A stretch of DNA of 64,000 nt. Source: an uncultured Acidobacteriota bacterium. Its GTDB lineage: Bacteria; Acidobacteriota; Thermoanaerobaculia; Multivoradales; UBA5704. The stretch spans positions 4,128,001 to 4,192,000 of the forward strand of contig CAVYRF010000002.1 in the NCBI GenBank assembly GCA_963770895.1, given 5' to 3'. The translations under genes and the position numbers were made by a program. Under the pieces are notes generated by a model. The model saw only the letters and a list, made by a program, of their open reading frames with translations, was not told the origin of the DNA and made no database searches. Shown here one piece after another: positions 58,715 to 64,000 of the stretch (the first letter of the stretch is position 1; each line of letters starts with the position of its first letter).

Positions 58715-59572
58715 CTACGCCGGCGGCTCGACGTCGCCTTCCGGCTCCTCGGCCGCGGCGGCCGCTGCCGCGTCGGGGCCGCCGGCCGGCGCCACCTTGC
58801 CGTTGAGCCGCCCGATGACCAGGTGGCGCTGGTCCGGGGTGTAGATCTCCGACGCCTTGGTGAGGCTCCACGCGTAGGCGACGACGGCGCCCGAGGGGTC
58901 CACGTACAGGCGCATCGTCCCCTCGCCGACACCGGAGTGGTAACGCCCCTTGGCGAAATGGCGCGTGTCCAGCGGGCCGTGGCCGGAGCGCGAGGAGTCG
59001 ATGACTCTCAATTCGTACTGGGTCGTGCCCGCCATCGCCGGCTCGGTCGCGGCGCGCGCCGCCGGCGGCGCGGCGACGACCAGCACGTGGCCGGTGGGGT
59101 GGTGCCCCGGCGGATAGCGGATCGCCACGACGTCGCCCGGCCGGATGGCCGCAACCGTCGTTACCCGGTCGAAGCCGTTCCCCGCGGCGATGGCATTGTG
59201 GAAGTCCGCCGCCTGGGGGAACGTGGTGTGCATCCAGCGCTTGAAATCCGCCCGGTTGTAGCCGTACGCCTGCATCATCAGGTGCGCCACCAGGGAACTG
59301 CACACGCTGCGGTTGCGCGTTTCGCCGCTGCCCGCCACCCCCGTCCAGGTGACGATCGTCGGGTGCGATGCGTATTCGTTGGTCGCCGGCGTCACGCCGT
59401 CGATCAGCCGGTGCGCCCACAGCAGATGGGAGGGACCGGAACCGCTGCCCGCGCTCCCGGCGGCCCCGGCGCCAATGCGGGCCGTCAGGCCGAGCACCAG
59501 CCCGGCGATCAGCAGCGCCTGCGTGAGCCGCGGTCTGTTGCGGGTCTGGCTCAGCTGCATGCGCTTTTCCAT
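58715..59572 (-). CDS. Secreted protein with a papain/NlpC-P60-like Cys-His-Asp pattern
   Basis: Signal peptide; SVCSSLV, IRPGDVVA, TGHVLVV, VIDSS; start may be 59560. Confidence 0.65.
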   Translation of the reverse strand: MEKRMQLSQTRNRPRLTQALLIAGLVLGLTARIGAGAAGSAGSGSGPSHLLWAHRLIDGVTPATNEYASHPTIVTWTGVAGSGETRNRSVCSSLVAHLMMQAYGYNRADFKRWMHTTFPQAADFHNAIAAGNGFDRVTTVAAIRPGDVVAIRYPPGHHPTGHVLVVAAPPAARAATEPAMAGTTQYELRVIDSSRSGHGPLDTRHFAKGRYHSGVGEGTMRLYVDPSGAVVAYAWSLTKASEIYTPDQRHLVIGRLNGKVAPAGGPDAAAAAAAEEPEGDVEPPA

Positions 59573-60483
59573 TCGTGGTAGGCCCTGGACGCTTCGGCGG
59601 GGAAGCTGGTGCGCTCGGGGCGCCAGCCGATCTCGCCGGCGCGGCGGGTTTCCACCACCTGGTCGAGCGCCAGCGCGTCCGCGAAGCCGCCCAGGCCCTG
59701 GCGCGCCTGCTCCAGCGGCACCGAGCGCGTGGCGCCGCCGGCGCCCGCCGCCTCGCTCGCCGAGCGCGCCACCTCCGCCAGCGGCACGGCGTTGCCGTCC
59801 ACGGCGTGGAACACGCCGCGCGCCGACCGCTCGACGACCAGGCGATAGAAACGCGCCAGGTCCTGGACGTGGATCATCGGCAGCCGGTTGCTGCCGTCGC
59901 CCACGAACCGCGCGGCGCCCTCCTTTTCGGCCGAATCGAAGTAGCTGCCGGGAATGCCGCCGCTGCCGCCGTAGACGATCCCCGGCCGGATCACCGCCGT
60001 CGCCAGATCCTTGCCGGCAGCGCCCAGAACCCGCGCTTCATGGCCGACCCGCCAGGCCACCAGCTCCAGCGGGTGGTCCGTCGGCGTCTCCTCGGACGCC
60101 GCCTGATCGCCGGTCGCGCCCAACACCCACACTCCCGACGTGTAGACCAGCGACCGGAGCCCTTGCACCTGGCTTGCCTGGCTGGCCGTCACCAGCGTTT
60201 CGACCGCCTTGGCATCCGCCCCCGGCGCCCCCTGCGCGTCGAACGCCATGTGCACCACCACCTGGTGCCGCGCCGCCTGGTCGCGGTACGTCTCCGGGTC
60301 GCCGATGTCGCCCACCACCGTCCGCACCCCCAGCCCGCGCAGACGTTCGCCCGCCTCCCCACCGCCGTCGCCCGCTTCGCCATGCCGCCGCACCAGCGCG
60401 GTGACCTGGTGGCGTGCCTGCGCCAGCTCCGCAGCCACCGCCTGCCCGATATACCCGGTCGCACCCGTCAGAAACACGTCCAT
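59551..60483 (-). CDS. NAD-dependent epimerase/dehydratase (atypical SDR)
   Basis: MDVFLTGATGYIG, YTSG, IRPGIVYG, IHVQDLA. Confidence 0.92.
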   Translation of the reverse strand: MDVFLTGATGYIGQAVAAELAQARHQVTALVRRHGEAGDGGGEAGERLRGLGVRTVVGDIGDPETYRDQAARHQVVVHMAFDAQGAPGADAKAVETLVTASQASQVQGLRSLVYTSGVWVLGATGDQAASEETPTDHPLELVAWRVGHEARVLGAAGKDLATAVIRPGIVYGGSGGIPGSYFDSAEKEGAARFVGDGSNRLPMIHVQDLARFYRLVVERSARGVFHAVDGNAVPLAEVARSASEAAGAGGATRSVPLEQARQGLGGFADALALDQVVETRRAGEIGWRPERTSFPAEASRAYHEWKSACS

Positions 60484-60677
60484 GCTCGCGCCCTCCGCGC
60501 CGCATCTTAGCAGCGCGCCGCGTCGCGCCGCGGTCGTGGTCGCACCGGTTGCAGCAGCCCGCCCGCGGCCTCGCCACCGGTGCGCGCCATCGATATGGCG
60601 TAATAACATTTTTGTGGTATCATGGGTCCACACCTGAAAGACGACGCGCCCTCTTCCTGGCGCTGAGCGGAGGGATC

Positions 60678-63530
60678 ATGCGGACACCGGCACCGACTAC
60701 GACAGCCCGCGCCTGGGCAGTGGGGCTCCTCGGAACATGGCTTTGCTGTTGTCTGCCAGCTCGCGGGCAGGAGCTTCATTGGACGGCACTGGGACCCGGC
60801 GGCGGCGCGGCGGCGCGGGTGGCGACGGTAGCGGGACAGTCCGGAGCGGCCTACGCCGCGATGATCAACTCCGGCATCTGGAAGACGATCGACGGCGGCG
60901 CGAGCTGGCAGCGCGTGCTGACACTGCCGAACGAGGGCACCTATTCCTTTCTCGTCGTGGCCCCCGACAACCCGCTGGTGGCCTTTGCCGGGACCGTGCC
61001 GGGGATCTGGCGGACTGCGGACGGCGGCGGCAGCTGGACCCTGCTGCCGGTGCCGGCAGCGGCCACGCTGGCCATCGCTCCGTCGCAGCCGAGCGTCGTC
61101 TATGCCATCGGCGCCACCGGCGTCTATCGCAGCCAGAATGGTGGTGTGGCCTGGAGCCGGGGTCCGGCCCTCCAGCTCTCGGTCGCGACCTCGGCCGTCG
61201 ATCCACAGAATCCGAATCTCGTATATGCGGCCGGCGACGAGCCGGCCTCCCTCACCGCCGCCCTTATGCGCAGCACGGACGGTGGCCAGACGTGGTCGCA
61301 GTTGGACAGCGGTTTTTTCTCCGCCGACCTCTTCGTTTCGAGCGTCGTCGCGACGGCGGACAGCCCGGCGACGCTCTACGCCTGCCTGAACGCCCAGATC
61401 TTCGCCGCGGCCGGCGCGGGGATCTACAAGAGCCGCGACGGCGGCCAGACCTGGAGCGCGGTGCTGCCTCTGCCGAGCCACCAGCCCAACGGCATCCTGG
61501 TGCCGGTCCCGGGGGCGCCGGGGACGCTTTACGCCGCCCTCACGCGCGATCAGGAAGGGGCATCCGGCGGACTTCCGGCAGCCTACGAGATTTGGCAGAC
61601 GACCGACGGCGGTGCCACCTGGGCGATGGTTTTCAGCACCCTCGACCCGATCGCCAGCCTGGCGGTCGACGCGGTATCGCCGGGGCGGATCTATGCCGGC
61701 CTCAGCTATGAGGGCGTCGTGGTGAGCCAGGATGGCGGCGCTGACTGGGCCTCGGCCGCGGCGACCCTCCTTGCCTCGTCGGCGACCGCGGTGACGGCCG
61801 ACCCCACCGCCGCCGGCACGCTCTACACGGGGGCCAACGGCGGGGTGGAAAAATCCACCAACGGCGGCGCCACCTGGACAACCACAGGCGCGGAGATCAC
61901 CCTGTCGTCCGCCGGGCGCGTGACCAAGCTGGTCGTGGACCCCACCTTCCCGAACCGTGTCTACGCCGCGACCAACGGGGCGCAGACCTCCAATGCCGGC
62001 ACCGGCCTCTTCCGCAGCGTCAACGGCGGGCAGACCTGGCAGGCGACGGCGCCCGGCATGCCGGCGGTCTTCGACCTGGCGCTCGATCCCAGCACCAGCC
62101 CACCCCGCATCTACGCTGCCGGGGCCGGCACGCTGCCCAATAGCTCGAACGTGCTGGAGTGGAGCGACGACGCCGGCGCCACCTGGAACGTGCCGACGGC
62201 GCCGCCGTTCATCTCCTATCCCCCGGGCACCCCCGCCGCCTACGAGCTGCTGAGCGCGGTCGCGGTCGATCCTGCCAACCCGTCTCGCTTGTACGCCTCG
62301 GGCAACGGTTTCTGGATCAGCGCCGACCGCGGCCATACCTGGCAGCTGATAGACACCGCGCCGAACCTCCAGAAGCTGCGATTCGCCTCCGGCGCGGCAG
62401 GTGCACTCTACGGCATCGCCGCGGCCGGCCCGCACCTGGTCTACAAGAGCCTCGATCACGGCGCGACCTGGACCGCCGCCGACCCCGGATTTCCGTCCAG
62501 CCTGGAGGCGCAGGACCTCGCGATCGACCCGCAGACCTCGGCGATCTACCTCGCGACCTCGCTCGGCGTCTACGTGTCGCGGGACGGCGGCGCCACCTAT
62601 CAGGTCGAGGACGACGGCATGGGCGACCTCTCGGTCGCGGCGCTGGCCTTCGCTCCGCTCCAGCCGGGAGAGCTCCTCGCCGCCGCCTACAACGGCGGCG
62701 TTTTCGCCGCCAACGGGAGCTGCGCGACGGGGCCGCAGGCGCTTTGCCTCCAGAGCGGCCGGTTTCGCGCGACGATGAGCTGGGCGGCGCCGGGAGTGGG
62801 GACCGGGAGCGGGGCCGGGATCGCAACCGCGCTCTCCGACGACAGCGGCACCTTCTGGTTCTTCAGCCCCGATAATCTGGAGCTGGCGGTGAAGTTGCTC
62901 GACGGCAGCGCCGTCAACGGCAACTTCTGGGTGTTCTATGGGGCGATGAGCAACGTCGCCTACACCTTGACGATCGCCGATCTCACGACCGGGGCGCAGA
63001 AGAGCTACGTGAATGCCCAAGGCGATCTGACCAGCCTCGCCGATACCGCGGCCTTTCCCAGCACGGCGCCGGCGGTCCACGGCGCTGCTGCACCGGTGCC
63101 CGCGGCCCCGCCGGAGTCCGCTGTCCCCGGTCGTGACGAGAGCTCTTCCGGCAGCACCCCGGGGCATGAGGGGCGGGACGCCAGCACCCCGGCATCCTGC
63201 GAGCCGGACGCGGCAAGCCTCTGTCTCGCGGCCTCGCGCTTCCGGGCCAGCGTCAGCTGGACGACCGCGGGCGGCGCCACCGGCTTCGGCCAGACGGTGG
63301 CGCTCACGGCGGACTCGGGAGGCTTCTCGTTCTTCGCCTCGGCGGACCTCGACCTGATCGTCAAGATCGTCGACGGCCGGGCGCTGAACGGGCACTTCTG
63401 GGTGATGTACGGTTCGCTTTCGGATGTCGCCTTCACCGTCACCATCGTCGACTCCGTGACCGGGGCGCGGCGAACCTACGCCAATGAGCAGGGAGAGCTG
63501 GCCAGCGGCGCCGACACGGCCGCATTCTGA
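60678..63530 (+). CDS. Secreted Asp-box (BNR/VPS10-like) beta-propeller protein with two C-terminal repeated domains
   Basis: GGAGGG RBS; signal peptide; many S.DGG.TW Asp-boxes; two LCL..RFRA..W..DSG.F.FF..L.VK..DG..NG.FWV.YG..S.V.. domains. Confidence 0.9.
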   Translation: MRTPAPTTTARAWAVGLLGTWLCCCLPARGQELHWTALGPGGGAAARVATVAGQSGAAYAAMINSGIWKTIDGGASWQRVLTLPNEGTYSFLVVAPDNPLVAFAGTVPGIWRTADGGGSWTLLPVPAAATLAIAPSQPSVVYAIGATGVYRSQNGGVAWSRGPALQLSVATSAVDPQNPNLVYAAGDEPASLTAALMRSTDGGQTWSQLDSGFFSADLFVSSVVATADSPATLYACLNAQIFAAAGAGIYKSRDGGQTWSAVLPLPSHQPNGILVPVPGAPGTLYAALTRDQEGASGGLPAAYEIWQTTDGGATWAMVFSTLDPIASLAVDAVSPGRIYAGLSYEGVVVSQDGGADWASAAATLLASSATAVTADPTAAGTLYTGANGGVEKSTNGGATWTTTGAEITLSSAGRVTKLVVDPTFPNRVYAATNGAQTSNAGTGLFRSVNGGQTWQATAPGMPAVFDLALDPSTSPPRIYAAGAGTLPNSSNVLEWSDDAGATWNVPTAPPFISYPPGTPAAYELLSAVAVDPANPSRLYASGNGFWISADRGHTWQLIDTAPNLQKLRFASGAAGALYGIAAAGPHLVYKSLDHGATWTAADPGFPSSLEAQDLAIDPQTSAIYLATSLGVYVSRDGGATYQVEDDGMGDLSVAALAFAPLQPGELLAAAYNGGVFAANGSCATGPQALCLQSGRFRATMSWAAPGVGTGSGAGIATALSDDSGTFWFFSPDNLELAVKLLDGSAVNGNFWVFYGAMSNVAYTLTIADLTTGAQKSYVNAQGDLTSLADTAAFPSTAPAVHGAAAPVPAAPPESAVPGRDESSSGSTPGHEGRDASTPASCEPDAASLCLAASRFRASVSWTTAGGATGFGQTVALTADSGGFSFFASADLDLIVKIVDGRALNGHFWVMYGSLSDVAFTVTIVDSVTGARRTYANEQGELASGADTAAF

Positions 63531-63658
63531 GCGGCGGGCGCCGGCCGCGGCCTCTCTCGCACCGCGTTCCTGCGCGCGATCGCTGCCTCGACGTCATGAG
63601 CGTCCGCGGCTGGCGTGACCGCGCCCTACGCACCAGCGCCTCCTGAGGAGATCACGCG

Positions 63659-64000
63659 ATGAAGATTCATGCTGTCCAGACAGGATCGGTGCGGATCAAG
63701 AGCGCCCAGGTGGTGGGGCGCGGGCAGGGCTTGCGCCGTCGGCTGGCGATCTTCGGCGACCGCGAATGGACGGACTGGCTTCCCACCTTCGTGTGGGTGA
63801 TCGATCATCCCGAAGGCGTCATCGTGATCGATACGGGCCAGGGCGTGCATCTTCTTGCGTCCGGCAAGTCGCTCCACCCCTATGTGCGATTTGAAGTGGC
63901 GTTTCGCATCGATCGTGAAGAGGAGATCGGCCCGCGGTTGCGTGCGCTGGGCATCGGCGCGCGGGATGTGAAGATGGTTTTGCTCACGCATTTGCACATG
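63659..64000 (+). CDS. Metallo-beta-lactamase-fold hydrolase (AHL-lactonase-like), partial
   Basis: Hand translation after GAGGAG: MKIHAVQTG..WLP..IDHPEG.IVIDTG..LRALGI..DV..VLLTHLHM (start of HxHxDH); runs off the window; not in the ORF track. Confidence 0.85.
   Translation, partial: MKIHAVQTGSVRIKSAQVVGRGQGLRRRLAIFGDREWTDWLPTFVWVIDHPEGVIVIDTGQGVHLLASGKSLHPYVRFEVAFRIDREEEIGPRLRALGIGARDVKMVLLTHLHM

Overview
High-GC chromosomal window. An ADOP permease, a TPR-CHAT protein and secreted proteins with lineage-typical repeats suggest Acidobacteriota, probably Thermoanaerobaculia-like (inference). 1-11.4 kb is the tail of a biosynthetic cluster: a thioesterase end, an AraC regulator, a complete hydrazine (N-N bond) cassette, a flavin-dependent halogenase and a permease. 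The hydrazine synthetase looks split into a cupin fused to a decayed MetRS-like domain plus an intact stand-alone MetRS-like paralog. 11.4-14.2 kb is a small decayed island with a duplicated gene end, hairpin repeats, membrane proteins and an AbiE pseudo-locus. It is followed by an aldo/keto reductase, a di-heme protein, PilZ, dynamin, a DUF6600-like lipoprotein, lodAB, acs, SPFH, a second islet with orphan antitoxins and an RND pump. 36.2-41.6 kb is an unusual four-gene operon: TPR-CHAT protease, unknown beta-rich protein, papain-like protease and an unknown partner. The remainder is mostly housekeeping (ilvA, lipB, nadQ, Nramp, nadABC with a NadQ-like box, metB-like, lipA, GNAT, orphan BoxB-like diiron protein, proline dehydrogenase) plus secreted proteins. 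I saw no rRNA, tRNA, CRISPR array or intact transposase.
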